This document shows, piece by piece, positions 24,956-35,355 of a stretch of DNA of 64,000 nucleotides. Position numbers and translations under genes: made by a program. Under the pieces are notes generated by a model that saw only the letters and a program-made list of their open reading frames with translations, searched no databases and was not told where the DNA came from. The DNA is from a virus: positions 32,001 through 96,000 of IMG/VR virus record IMGVR_UViG_3300027708_000025; one strand, 5' to 3'. Numbering within the stretch: position 1 is the first letter of the stretch; each line of letters opens with the position of its first letter.

Positions 24956-25627
24956 TTAATCCCAAAGTGCTTGATAGTATTTGCCGAATAGTTTAAAGCC
25001 ATTTTGAATACGATCTTCAACAACTTTCATACCTTCATAATCACACTTGTATGTGTGATTCGGACCATCTTCTAATTTGAACATTTTAGCTTTGCCGTTT
25101 TCATACCACTCACAAGCAACTGATTTATGATCCATAACACCGCTACGATATGCTTCTTCCCACTCTTTATTGATGTGATGTTCAAAAGCAAAAATCATTT
25201 CATCCATGACCCAATCCCAACGCTTGAAATGATTATCATCGGTGTCCCATTCATTTTCTTTTGTTGGTGCTGAAGTAGACTTTAATTCTTCTGGCACATC
25301 TTCATCATCAACAAAAGGCGCACCATGCTTTTTATCTTTCAACTGTTTCAACATAGGCAAAGCAATTTGACCGAGAGTGTGATCCATAGACCAAGTATCC
25401 CAATAGTCAATCTTCACATAGTCAATCTTAGGATCAAAAAAATCTGCAACTTTTGCCATAACTTTACAGATAGGATCTAAACGATTAACCCACTTTTCGT
25501 AAGGTGCATCAGGTTTATCTTCAAGATTGTAAAAGATGCTATCATCTTTTTCCCAAAAGCAAACAAACTTTAGAATGTGATATGGGGAAAGCCAATGATG
25601 CTTGTAATTGTTGATGTATACTTTCAT
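24956..25627 (-). CDS. conserved phage hypothetical protein
   Basis: DTWSMDHTL...P.LKQL...HGAP...EMIFAF...LFGKY...LWD. Confidence 0.75.
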   Translation of the reverse strand: MKVYINNYKHHWLSPYHILKFVCFWEKDDSIFYNLEDKPDAPYEKWVNRLDPICKVMAKVADFFDPKIDYVKIDYWDTWSMDHTLGQIALPMLKQLKDKKHGAPFVDDEDVPEELKSTSAPTKENEWDTDDNHFKRWDWVMDEMIFAFEHHINKEWEEAYRSGVMDHKSVACEWYENGKAKMFKLEDGPNHTYKCDYEGMKVVEDRIQNGFKLFGKYYQALWD

Positions 25628-25947
25628 GCTATAGTTGATTTTCTAGTGTAAATGTATGGATGCGGGTTAGGACGATCACGAATTGTTTCGCCAGATATAA
25701 ATGGATCATCATTATGTAGTTGCCCAAATTCTTTCTCCATATAATATCTTCCCATTGCTTTAATACATTGATCCATCAAACTATTAGAACCAGATGAATC
25801 ATCTTCTGCCCAAAAACAAATTGGCGATCTACCCCAAGTCCGATACTGCATTACATCATGGAAAATCTTTCTATGTTTTTTGTTGCCAGGGTCAAACGTT
25901 TCATGCGGTCTGCCGAATTGTTGAATCTTGCTCATTGCTACTTTCAC
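25624..25947 (-). CDS. hypothetical protein
   Basis: ORF track. Confidence 0.6.
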   Translation of the reverse strand: MKVAMSKIQQFGRPHETFDPGNKKHRKIFHDVMQYRTWGRSPICFWAEDDSSGSNSLMDQCIKAMGRYYMEKEFGQLHNDDPFISGETIRDRPNPHPYIYTRKSTIA

Positions 25948-26057
25948 TTTCTATCATAATTAAAAGACGTTTTGATTCTCTACTAATCTCAGAGGTTACT
26001 GCCCATCCAAATCCTTCGGGATGCAATAACTCTTTTAGAAAATGTACAACTTCATTT

Positions 26058-26291
26058 TCAGTTTTCGTTTTCATTCGTCACCTTCACAAATTGACTAGAG
26101 ACTGCATAGTCTTCAGGCAATCTTTCTACGATCTTTGTAAAATCATATGAACTTGGATAATGCCTTAGAACACCATATGCACGTTGACGAATGTACTTTG
26201 GAACTTTAGGCGTTATTTTGGGGTTCAACAAATCTAAAAGCATTTGATGCCCACATCGTAACGCACGATATCTTTCATCAGGTAGCGTCAT
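26058..26291 (-). CDS. hypothetical protein (MTLPDERYRA type)
   Basis: ORF track. Confidence 0.7.
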   Translation of the reverse strand: MTLPDERYRALRCGHQMLLDLLNPKITPKVPKYIRQRAYGVLRHYPSSYDFTKIVERLPEDYAVSSQFVKVTNENEN

Positions 26292-26763
26292 AATTATTCT
26301 CCCGAATATGTTCTTCCATTGTTGTGAAAAACGTTTTAACTTTCAATTCATCATTCCATACTCTTGCGTAGTCATTGTCTTTATCGCACAATGCAAGTGC
26401 TTCTTCTTTAGTCACGACACGATGTGACACGATAGTTTCGCCTAAGTGTTCTTGCGAAAATTCTTTGGCTTCTTCTAGTGTAACTGTATCAAGTGCCCAA
26501 TCTGTTTTGTCTTTACCGTATTGGTCTGTGCCAACAGGTACTTCTACCATGTATCGTTGACGAAACATAGATACAGTTTCAACAAGCACCCATTGTGTTT
26601 CAATTTTCTTCATAGTCCAACTTCCATCTTTATTGTCAATCCATTCAAGACTATCACCAGTTTGCCAACCAGTTCCTTCTAGTATATCATCATTCAATGG
26701 AAGAATCAAGTCACCTGTCTCAGGATCTTCTTGCAATTCTATAGTCCAAGTTTTGTTTTCCAT
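26278..26763 (-). CDS. hypothetical protein with AbrB-like N-terminus
   Basis: GDLILPL...GW..GD.LEW. Confidence 0.65.
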   Translation of the reverse strand: MENKTWTIELQEDPETGDLILPLNDDILEGTGWQTGDSLEWIDNKDGSWTMKKIETQWVLVETVSMFRQRYMVEVPVGTDQYGKDKTDWALDTVTLEEAKEFSQEHLGETIVSHRVVTKEEALALCDKDNDYARVWNDELKVKTFFTTMEEHIRENNYDAT

Positions 26764-26813
26764 GTTTACTCCTTAAACGAATACATTCATTATAACTCAA
26801 GTTTTATGGAAAG

Positions 26814-27149
26814 TCAAACGGTAAGCATCCTCACTAGTCCTATGGTATCAATTGTAGTCAACAGTAGATAGTTAGCCAACATGCCAAAAGATTTCCTAGT
26901 CCAAGAAGCCCAAGCATACAAAGCACAGCCAGTGATCCAAACGGGATAAAGAGCAAGAAGCGGAGGGTTTGGGACTGTGATTGCCATAGTAATACTGCAA
27001 CCAACACTAATAGCCCAAGCAAGCAACTCAATAAAAAAGCGAATCCTGTTAGACTTAAAGTCATCTTTTATCCATTCTATAGTAGGGCGAAACAAATCAA
27101 TAATCATAAAACTAATCCAAGTTAAACAAATCAGGATGCGTCTTTGCAA
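26814..27149 (-). CDS. 3-TM membrane protein
   Basis: ORF track; start probably MIIDLF. Confidence 0.6.
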   Translation of the reverse strand: MQRRILICLTWISFMIIDLFRPTIEWIKDDFKSNRIRFFIELLAWAISVGCSITMAITVPNPPLLALYPVWITGCALYAWASWTRKSFGMLANYLLLTTIDTIGLVRMLTV

Positions 27150-27930
27150 AATACAATCTTAATAAATTCCAATGTTCAAAAAGTTCTTGTGATTGTCGTT
27201 CGACAATCATGCGCTTGATACCATACAATGATTCTAATACTTTGCTAAAATCATTAATTTGATTTTGATACACGCTATAATCGTATGGCTGACTATAGAC
27301 TTTATATTCTTTCATTTGAAGAAACGTAGAGAATAGTCGTTCAACAATAAACGGAAACATATTCAGATTTGGGTCTCTGCTATAGTTTGCGCTACCATGA
27401 TAAATTTCTGCATCTTCACCAGTTAATTCTTCAAGATGTTTTTTAATATCTTTTAAGAATGCAATGTATTCTATCCAAAATGCTTTTGTTGCAACAAAGT
27501 AACTGCAATAGCAAGTTGAATCTGTCATTACATTATCAAGTGCATTGGTATCATAGCCACCGGCAATAAATGCAGAACGAACAACTTGTTTAATTCCTGG
27601 ATGAAAATAATCACCTTGTTCCCACACGTTCGCAGTTAGTGCATTCTGTACTCTAGCATGATTGAAAATGTAAACATCAAATCCTTCATTTTCATCAATA
27701 GCATCTTTGATTACGTTAGCTTCATAACGCATCTTGCTTTGCCACCGAGGACCAAACACACCCCATGCGTCTAAGTCATCTGCAAAGCCTTCGTCAATGA
27801 TACGATTGAACGAATGAAACTCACGCAACTCTGGATGTTCATTTGAAGTATTATCAAATGGTGTTAACAAAGAATCAACTAAAGCAATCTGTCTGTCTTC
27901 AAAACAAATCTGAAAAATCTTATAGTTCAA
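27112..27930 (-). CDS. glycosyltransferase-like hypothetical protein
   Basis: IFQICF...PFIVERLFS; ORF track. Confidence 0.5.
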   Translation of the reverse strand: MNYKIFQICFEDRQIALVDSLLTPFDNTSNEHPELREFHSFNRIIDEGFADDLDAWGVFGPRWQSKMRYEANVIKDAIDENEGFDVYIFNHARVQNALTANVWEQGDYFHPGIKQVVRSAFIAGGYDTNALDNVMTDSTCYCSYFVATKAFWIEYIAFLKDIKKHLEELTGEDAEIYHGSANYSRDPNLNMFPFIVERLFSTFLQMKEYKVYSQPYDYSVYQNQINDFSKVLESLYGIKRMIVERQSQELFEHWNLLRLYFAKTHPDLFNLD

Positions 27931-28637
27931 TCTGATACCCTCGCTCCATTTGGCGCAATGTTTCCTTCTACACCAAGTTTACCAATGTTCTCAATCAGTA
28001 TGGGATCAAGATGATGAAACAATAAATGTTCAATATCAATATACCCCTTTGCGTTCAATCGCTCTGTCATATGATTAAACATGTCAGTATAAAGGTCTCT
28101 AACGTATGGAAGCAAGAATGCATCAAAACTCCACAAACGACTCATATATTGTAGTGATACACCACCTGTGATTTCTTGTCTGAATTGACTTGTGAATGGA
28201 CCACGAACAATAATTTTATCTACCGCTTGCATGTGTTTATCATAATTGAAATCATCATTCAATATATAACGCCCACTCATCTTAAAGATACGTTTATACT
28301 TTTCACGCCAACCATCGTCAATAGCTTTATCAAAGAAAGAACCATACATAATAATTTCAATCATGTTCTTAACAATGTCGTGATTAGGAACTTGTTGAAG
28401 TTGTTGAATGTTTTCAGCATCAGAAAAAGTATAAAATCTATCAATGTATTGTGATAGTATCTCACGTTCTTTTTCTGTGATATCTTCATAGCCACCATCT
28501 AGTACAATGATATCTGCATCACATTTGTTTCTAATAGACTTACATGTTTCAATAGTTTGTTCAAGTCTTGTTTGAGTATCATACACACCATGCTTTGCAT
28601 GAATTGCTGACGATACTAAAAATACACCATCACTCAT
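27927..28637 (-). CDS. glycosyltransferase-like hypothetical protein
   Basis: R..QT..T..SIR...FKMSGRY...DIEH. Confidence 0.5.
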   Translation of the reverse strand: MSDGVFLVSSAIHAKHGVYDTQTRLEQTIETCKSIRNKCDADIIVLDGGYEDITEKEREILSQYIDRFYTFSDAENIQQLQQVPNHDIVKNMIEIIMYGSFFDKAIDDGWREKYKRIFKMSGRYILNDDFNYDKHMQAVDKIIVRGPFTSQFRQEITGGVSLQYMSRLWSFDAFLLPYVRDLYTDMFNHMTERLNAKGYIDIEHLLFHHLDPILIENIGKLGVEGNIAPNGARVSD

Positions 28638-29286
28638 TTGTCTTCCTCACTTTTTTAACGGGCGCCTTCTTAGGCACAGGTTTGGCTCTAGGCTTTTTAG
28701 GCGCAGATGCTTTCATTATATCTTCACCACGTTTATTTAAACGTTTGAATACTTCTTCGGGATCCATCCAAATGTCTTTATTCTCTAACATGGATTTGAT
28801 TTCATCGTCTGTTAAGAATCCAGAATAGACACTTCGCATGAATTTATCTGACCACTTGCGTTCATACATGATATTATCATACATTTCACCACCCTTGCCG
28901 ATAGTGCCACCAGAGTAATTGTGAAACATGAACATGGAGTTTTCTGATATTTCAAAACCATCTGCGGCTAAGAATATCATTGTTGCGGCTGACATACATG
29001 CACCTTCTACTGATGCAATGATGTTTGCTTGAGACTCTGCCATAACACGCATCAACTGCACAGCAGTAAATAAATTACCACCAGGAGAATTGATGTGAAT
29101 TTTAATTATGTCAGTTTCATTTGCGTTTCTAATAACTTCAAACCACTCTACGTATTCATTAGGCGAATTTAATTCGCCACACAAATATAGTGTGTGTAAT
29201 TGTCCAATTATTTTTGGTTGTCTAGGTTTTTTGTCATCATCTAGACCAAACAACGAACTAAGTTTTTCTTCTTCCATGATTATCAC
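28630..29286 (-). CDS. ClpP-like protease
   Basis: INSPGG, ACMSAAT.I, FMFH. Confidence 0.85.
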   Translation of the reverse strand: MIIMEEEKLSSLFGLDDDKKPRQPKIIGQLHTLYLCGELNSPNEYVEWFEVIRNANETDIIKIHINSPGGNLFTAVQLMRVMAESQANIIASVEGACMSAATMIFLAADGFEISENSMFMFHNYSGGTIGKGGEMYDNIMYERKWSDKFMRSVYSGFLTDDEIKSMLENKDIWMDPEEVFKRLNKRGEDIMKASAPKKPRAKPVPKKAPVKKVRKTNE

Positions 29287-29311
29287 TTTCTATTATAATA
29301 TAGAGTATACT

Positions 29312-29881
29312 CTACTTTGTTTCGGATGTCAACTTGTCAACCCCATATTTGCATAACCAATATGCATCAATTAAGTCGGAAGAAGGATTCCATTGCTTCT
29401 CAGTCATATGTAGTTCGTCTTTTAAACGAATGTCATTAAATTCCTCAAAGACTTCTTGCATTCGTTCTTTATTTGCATTACCTTTACCAGTAGCATATTT
29501 CTTAAGTACTGTTGGTGGTATCTCTGTACACTCTACGGCAAACAACCATAGTCTGTATTTTAGAATACCAGCATTCTCGGCAATGTTAAACACTCTGCCT
29601 TTTGATCCCATGGAATAACCTTCTAGGAATACATGGCAGTCTTTATCTGTTTCTAACAATCTGTCAATGAAGAAATTTGAAATACCATCGTATCGCAATA
29701 CGTCAGTCATTCCTTCGTGGTCAAAAAATCTACCTGTTATATTTTTAAATTGCACATCGTATTTTCTAGATTGAGTCAGAAAATAAAAATGACACTTTTC
29801 AAAACTAAACTCACCATCTTCATCATCAAATACACACATTGCAGGACATGTTAGAGAATAATCTACTCCTGCGATAATCAT
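29312..29881 (-). CDS. RuvC-like Holliday junction resolvase
   Basis: AGVDYS, LEGY, KK.ATGKGNA.K, SDLIDA. Confidence 0.8.
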   Translation of the reverse strand: MIIAGVDYSLTCPAMCVFDDEDGEFSFEKCHFYFLTQSRKYDVQFKNITGRFFDHEGMTDVLRYDGISNFFIDRLLETDKDCHVFLEGYSMGSKGRVFNIAENAGILKYRLWLFAVECTEIPPTVLKKYATGKGNANKERMQEVFEEFNDIRLKDELHMTEKQWNPSSDLIDAYWLCKYGVDKLTSETK

Positions 29882-30090
29882 CTATCGTCTTCCGAGGACC
29901 ATTCATCATCTTCTATTAATTTGTCCCAATCCTCATCTGTCCAATCTTCGTCTTTTTCTGAAATTGTTTCTTCGGTTATTGTTGAACCGCAGTATGCACA
30001 ATTTGTTGGTGTTGTTTTATCTCCGCCTACTAATGGAGTTACTGAATATTCAGCCTCGCATGTGTCGCAGAATACGTTATATGTTGTCAT
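29878..30090 (-). CDS. small Zn-ribbon protein
   Basis: CDTC...CAYC. Confidence 0.6.
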   Translation of the reverse strand: MTTYNVFCDTCEAEYSVTPLVGGDKTTPTNCAYCGSTITEETISEKDEDWTDEDWDKLIEDDEWSSEDDR

Positions 30091-30098
30091 TTTTCTCC

Positions 30099-30722
30099 TT
30101 ATTCGTACATTACCGTACTTGTGCTTCCAAGTGCCCATTTTGCGTCAGTCTCTACAGACCAACGCTTTGTTGCTACTTTGAAATCAGGAACTTTTAATTC
30201 CTTGGGGTTGCTACTAGGTTCTAAAATCAGCATTCTATTGTTCGGCTGTGCCGCAAACTGACCATTGTCACATTTAATAAAGTTATAAGATTTATGGTCT
30301 TCAATATCTTCGCTGAATCCCGTATCTAGTATATTGAAATCTGGATGTGCAGAATCGACAGTAAACAAGTACTCGCCGTATCTCCAGTCACCAGCCTTAC
30401 TTTTAAATTTACATTTTTGAGATTGCAACTGCGCTTTTTTAATTACAGTAATGTCATATGATAAACAATCCCACAATTGTAAATGATCTAAAGGCATTTC
30501 TTCTGTTATTTTTTTCCAACAGAATGCGTGTAAAGGCAACTTGTCGTATAGTGCGCCGTATTCATTTAAATATGCTTCTATACGAAATGCTTGTCCCCTC
30601 AAACTCTTTATACTTATCCACCAGCAAGGAACTAATTCTCCGTGACCTTTTTCAAAGTCATAGAGAAATTCTTTGCGTACAAAGCATTTAACTGCGGGAA
30701 GATTTGCTACTATGTGTGCCAT
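30099..30722 (-). CDS. conserved hypothetical protein
   Basis: ORF track. Confidence 0.7.
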   Translation of the reverse strand: MAHIVANLPAVKCFVRKEFLYDFEKGHGELVPCWWISIKSLRGQAFRIEAYLNEYGALYDKLPLHAFCWKKITEEMPLDHLQLWDCLSYDITVIKKAQLQSQKCKFKSKAGDWRYGEYLFTVDSAHPDFNILDTGFSEDIEDHKSYNFIKCDNGQFAAQPNNRMLILEPSSNPKELKVPDFKVATKRWSVETDAKWALGSTSTVMYE

Positions 30723-30725
30723 GTT

Positions 30726-30875
30726 TTACCAATGCCTTATAACGCCTGCTATAATAAACAGGTTCGTTATTATATAGCAAAACACAATACATGTTCTGAT
30801 GATTGCAACTTTGTCCGACTCTTTGTCACATGTACTAGATTTGTGTCCTAGTGCTTTTGCCCACAGCCGCCACAT
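30726..30875 (-). CDS. small membrane protein (MWRLWAKALG..., 49 aa)
   Basis: Hand-translated. Confidence 0.6.
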   Translation of the reverse strand: MWRLWAKALGHKSSTCDKESDKVAIIRTCIVFCYIITNLFIIAGVIRHW

Positions 30876-30877
30876 GG

Positions 30878-31174
30878 TTATTGAGTGCAAGTTCTTTCAC
30901 GATAGATTCTTCCATCGGATTGTTGAATTTCTTTCCAATCAGTACACACTTGAGGTGACTGTTGAATTATAACAGGCTGTTGCTGAACATATATTGGTTG
31001 CTGTTGAACATATATGGGTTGTTGTCGTGCGATTTCGTACCCAATGACACCACCTATAATTGTAGGTCCAATCCAACTGTATGGTCTAAGTCCATAACCG
31101 TGATGATAACCATGGTGCTGTGCAAATGATGAAGCAGACACCATTAACAAAAATACAGTTAATATTTTTTTCAT
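30878..31174 (-). CDS. secreted His/Gln/Pro-rich protein
   Basis: Signal peptide; QQPIYV repeats. Confidence 0.65.
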   Translation of the reverse strand: MKKILTVFLLMVSASSFAQHHGYHHGYGLRPYSWIGPTIIGGVIGYEIARQQPIYVQQQPIYVQQQPVIIQQSPQVCTDWKEIQQSDGRIYRERTCTQ

Positions 31175-31186
31175 TTGTTAATCCTT

Positions 31187-31987
31187 TTATCCACACTTTT
31201 TACGTTTAACATTAGTTAGTGCACCAAAATCAACTGGCCATTCTTGACCAGGTTCTAACTCTTTTGCTTTAGATGGAAATAAGTACTTTACACCAGCTTG
31301 TTTTTCTATTTCTGAGATTGGCACACGATATACACGCATGTCATTTCCGAGATTTGGATATGGTGGTACATGCGGAAATTTCCATCCAGCAACCTCATGT
31401 GTTGTATTATTGATTACAATTTTATAATAACCATGTGGAACAACAACACCATTCCCAATTGTTTTATCACCAGCACCATAAAATGCACCAACGTATATAG
31501 TAAAAGGTTGATTTAGCTGAACTGCCCAACCACGAACAGAAGTTTCGAGTAATTTCCAAACACCACGATTTAGTGAACCTGCTTGTGGATACATGTTTGT
31601 CATTAGGAAAGATTCATATTCAACTTGAACATCCCAAGACAAATCACCATCTGGTGCCGCATGACCTTTGTCGTAACCCGTGCCAACATAATCATCTGGA
31701 CGTGGACCATTAGGTACTGATTGATCTGCAACAAATGCATTAGTACGTGCTACACAACCCAATGCATTCGGAGGAGTTAATTCGTATGTTACAAACTTTG
31801 GAATCTTTGCTTGTTCATCATATCCAACAAGATATGCTTCTCTGCAAATTGGCTGAACATTTTGCACAACAGGGAATCCATAAGGCGCATGAACCGCACA
31901 TGCTTGAGGTGATAAAGGCGCACGTTGAGTCCATGCAAATGCATTAAATGATAATAAGATGAATAACGATACTAATATTTTTTTCAT
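31187..31987 (-). CDS. secreted DNA/RNA non-specific endonuclease (Serratia NucA family)
   Basis: Signal peptide; YDKGH, N..PQ...LN.G.W..LE. Confidence 0.88.
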   Translation of the reverse strand: MKKILVSLFILLSFNAFAWTQRAPLSPQACAVHAPYGFPVVQNVQPICREAYLVGYDEQAKIPKFVTYELTPPNALGCVARTNAFVADQSVPNGPRPDDYVGTGYDKGHAAPDGDLSWDVQVEYESFLMTNMYPQAGSLNRGVWKLLETSVRGWAVQLNQPFTIYVGAFYGAGDKTIGNGVVVPHGYYKIVINNTTHEVAGWKFPHVPPYPNLGNDMRVYRVPISEIEKQAGVKYLFPSKAKELEPGQEWPVDFGALTNVKRKKCG

Positions 31988-32979
31988 GCCGCTTTCCCCC
32001 ATACATCTGCCCAATCACCTTTTGTAGCACCCTTTGCATAGTCGGTTGCTCTGTTCTCAAAGAAATTAGTATGCGTTGGTGCATTAATCATTTCTTCAAC
32101 CCAAGGTAATGGATTTCTTTTTACTTTAAAAATACCTTTCAATCCAAGACTGATAAGGCGCCTGTCTGCAATATAACGAATGTATTTCTTAACTTCTTCT
32201 GAAGTAAGTCCTTCCATCTCATTGATGCCGAATGCTAAGTCAATAAACTTGTCTTCAAGTTCAACCATTCGTTCTGCTATAGTATATATGCGTGATTTCA
32301 ATTCATCATTCCAAATCTCATTGTTTTCTTGAATGAATGATCTGAATAGTTTAATCATAGATTCACAATGTTGTGTCTCATCTACAATAGACCAAGTAAC
32401 GATCTGTCCCATGCCTCTCATTTTACCCATGCGTGGAAAGTTCAAAAGCATGATGAATGAAGAGAACAACTGCATACCTTCTGTGAATGCGGAGAATACT
32501 GCAATGTGTGTAGCAGTAGATTGCAAGTCACCATTTGCATTTGAAATGTCTAACACATAATCGTGTTTGTCTTTCATTTCTTGATATGCTAAGAACTCAT
32601 TGTATGTTGTATCTGGTAGACCTAATGTTTCAATCAGATGCGAATATGCGGCAACGTGCAACGCTTCTCTAGCGGCAAAGCCAAGCAACATCATACGCAC
32701 TTCTGGTTGCTTGAAGTATGGCAGATAGTTCTTTACATAACCACCAGCAACGTCAATGTCACCCTGTGTGAAGAAACGAAAAATGTTTGTGAGAAAATGT
32801 TTCTCTTCTGCTGTTAACTTTTTCTTCCAATCTTTTACATCTTCAGCCATTGGAACTTCTGTATGTAACCAATGACTCTGTTCATGCTTTAACCATGCAT
32901 CATATGCCCACGGATAGTTGAATGGCTTGAATGCATCTCTGCTATCCATTAAATTACTTTTTATTTTTGTTATACTCAT
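31984..32979 (-). CDS. nrdB: class I ribonucleotide reductase beta subunit
   Basis: EALH..AY, EG.QLFSSF, DE..H, NFFE. Confidence 0.95.
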   Translation of the reverse strand: MSITKIKSNLMDSRDAFKPFNYPWAYDAWLKHEQSHWLHTEVPMAEDVKDWKKKLTAEEKHFLTNIFRFFTQGDIDVAGGYVKNYLPYFKQPEVRMMLLGFAAREALHVAAYSHLIETLGLPDTTYNEFLAYQEMKDKHDYVLDISNANGDLQSTATHIAVFSAFTEGMQLFSSFIMLLNFPRMGKMRGMGQIVTWSIVDETQHCESMIKLFRSFIQENNEIWNDELKSRIYTIAERMVELEDKFIDLAFGINEMEGLTSEEVKKYIRYIADRRLISLGLKGIFKVKRNPLPWVEEMINAPTHTNFFENRATDYAKGATKGDWADVWGKAA

Positions 32980-32982
32980 TTG

Positions 32983-33282
32983 TTATTCTTCTCCGAAATG
33001 TATTCTTTGGCCAGGATAGTTATTCATAAAGTACGTGAATGTACTTTCGATGGTTGGTTGTTGTGTGATGAACACATTTGTTTTTCTTTCGTAAATAAAG
33101 ATTTGGTTATCATGCACTTCAGTTTTACAAATTAATATATCCATGTTTTTATATTTGACTTGTTCAGCTTCTCTCATCACTCTGTCAATTTCATTTTCTG
33201 CTTTATGCATTCTGTTTCTAATGAAAATGATTATGCAACTAACAAGAAAAATTAATTCCATTACACCAAAATTCCAATCCAT
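32983..33282 (-). CDS. membrane-anchored hypothetical protein
   Basis: ORF track. Confidence 0.55.
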   Translation of the reverse strand: MDWNFGVMELIFLVSCIIIFIRNRMHKAENEIDRVMREAEQVKYKNMDILICKTEVHDNQIFIYERKTNVFITQQPTIESTFTYFMNNYPGQRIHFGEE

Positions 33283-33525
33283 TTAAGCACCCAACCATTC
33301 TGTTAATTCATTTTTCATTTTCATGCCAGAAAATCTTTTAACTTCAATGTCACCATCTAACATGACTAAAGTGGGAACACCACGAATGCCATAGTCTACT
33401 GCGAGTTGTTGATTCTCATCAATGTCAATAACTTCAATTGGAATTTGAGTATCAACATCTTCTAATGTTTTTGCTAACATCTTACATGGCTGACACCATG
33501 ATGCTGTAAATCTAAGTACTTTCAT
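33283..33525 (-). CDS. thioredoxin
   Basis: WCQPCK, IRGVPT. Confidence 0.92.
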   Translation of the reverse strand: MKVLRFTASWCQPCKMLAKTLEDVDTQIPIEVIDIDENQQLAVDYGIRGVPTLVMLDGDIEVKRFSGMKMKNELTEWLGA

Positions 33526-33528
33526 TTT

Positions 33529-35328
33529 TTATCCTTCACATGCAAGACATGCATCACCATCAATAAGTGCTTTCATATCTAGTTCTTTAATTACTTCACG
33601 TTCAATACGTTTAGATACTTTATCTGCTTTACCAATCTTTTCTGAACGACAATAGTACAATGTTTTGAGTCCTTGCTTCCATGCTTGAAAGTGTACTGCA
33701 TGTAGATACATAATGTTCACATCAGGTCGAAAAAATAGATTCAATGATTGTGCTTGGTCAATATACACTTGTCTATCTGCGGCATGATTAACTAACCAAC
33801 GTTGGTCAATCTCCATAGAAGTCTTGAATACATCTTTTGTCCAATCGTCCATCCATGTTAGATGTTGTACAGAACCATCGTTTGCAATGATTGAAGACCA
33901 AATATCATTGTAATCATTTTGTGATACTGTATCTCCATCACCTGAAAGATATTTTTGAATAACTCTATCTAACCATTTGTTTTTGGCTAACGATGACCCT
34001 GATAAAGTGTCCTGACGATAAGCATTAGCACGATAAGGTTCGATACTAGGGCTAGTATTTCCCATGATGATAGACGAAGAAGCATTTGGAGCAATAGCCA
34101 TAAGATGACTAAAACGTTGGCCAGTGCCAACAGCATCAATAGCTTCACCTCGCTCTTTACCCAATTTAAGATTCGCATCATTGAGTTGTTCCCTTATGTG
34201 TGAGAAGATTTGTTTGTTTCTTCCGACTGCAAGTGCGGATTCAAATGGGACGTTATTTCGTTGTAGATAAGCATGAAACCCCAAAGCACCGATGCCAATA
34301 CTGCGCTCACGTATGGCAGAGAACCTTGCACGTTCAACGGCGGCAGGAGCATTATCAATAAAATACTGAAGAACATTGTCGAGCATTTCAGCAATATCAG
34401 CAAGAAATAAAGGATCAGTTTTCCAATCATCAAAGTACTCCAAGTTAACTGAAGACAAACAACATACTGCTGTTCTATCTTTATCTGTAGGTAAAATAAT
34501 TTCAGAGCAAAGATTACTCTGCTTAATACTTAGTCCCAAATCTTTTTGAAACTGTGGCATAGCACGATTGCTTGCGTCAATGAAATGTAGATATGGCTCA
34601 CCAGTCTGCATACGGATGTCAAGTATACGTTGCCACAAGTCTTTTGCAGAAACCACTTCTCGCACTTCATTACTATGTGGGTCTTTTAATTCCCAAGAAT
34701 CATCTGCATCTTTGTCTTGCATACATCGTTCAACGATTTGCATAAATGAATCTGGAATGTTGATGCCATGATGTAGATTGAGTGTACGCAGATTAGGATC
34801 GCCCGTAGGCTTTCTCATTTCAAGAAATAGAAGAATATCAGGATGAGAGATATCAAGATATGTAGCATAAGAACCACGGCGGGTGCGCCCTTGACGATAT
34901 GCAAGACTTGATGCGTCATATGTGCGAAGGTGGGGCATGACTCCAACCGACTTATCATCCGAACTGCGAATGCTGACACCAATACCGACACCACCTCCCA
35001 ACATAGACAACCAATTTACTTCCGCAAGACAGTTAACAAGCCCTTCTGCGCTATCGTGTAGATATGGAAGAAAACATGAAATAGGCAGCCCACGGCTACT
35101 GCGACCAAAAGAAAGAATGGGAGTAGAATAAGACAACCAATGTTTACTGCTGTATTCGTATAATCGCTGTGCGTGTTCTGGATTGGAACCAAATGCTTTT
35201 GAGACATGAGCAAACCTTTCTTGTGGAGAGGTTTCATCCTCCTTCATATAACTTTCTTTCAATCTTTTAATACCTAACTCATCAAATAATGAGTCTCTAC
35301 TGTAGTCAATTACAATATCAGTTGACAT
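33529..35328 (-). CDS. nrdA: class I ribonucleotide reductase alpha subunit (no ATP cone)
   Basis: SNLCSEI, APNASSS, DQAQS, LYY, C-terminal CLACEG. Confidence 0.95.
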   Translation of the reverse strand: MSTDIVIDYSRDSLFDELGIKRLKESYMKEDETSPQERFAHVSKAFGSNPEHAQRLYEYSSKHWLSYSTPILSFGRSSRGLPISCFLPYLHDSAEGLVNCLAEVNWLSMLGGGVGIGVSIRSSDDKSVGVMPHLRTYDASSLAYRQGRTRRGSYATYLDISHPDILLFLEMRKPTGDPNLRTLNLHHGINIPDSFMQIVERCMQDKDADDSWELKDPHSNEVREVVSAKDLWQRILDIRMQTGEPYLHFIDASNRAMPQFQKDLGLSIKQSNLCSEIILPTDKDRTAVCCLSSVNLEYFDDWKTDPLFLADIAEMLDNVLQYFIDNAPAAVERARFSAIRERSIGIGALGFHAYLQRNNVPFESALAVGRNKQIFSHIREQLNDANLKLGKERGEAIDAVGTGQRFSHLMAIAPNASSSIIMGNTSPSIEPYRANAYRQDTLSGSSLAKNKWLDRVIQKYLSGDGDTVSQNDYNDIWSSIIANDGSVQHLTWMDDWTKDVFKTSMEIDQRWLVNHAADRQVYIDQAQSLNLFFRPDVNIMYLHAVHFQAWKQGLKTLYYCRSEKIGKADKVSKRIEREVIKELDMKALIDGDACLACEG

Positions 35329-35355
35329 TCAAATTCCTTCTTATTAATTTTACGT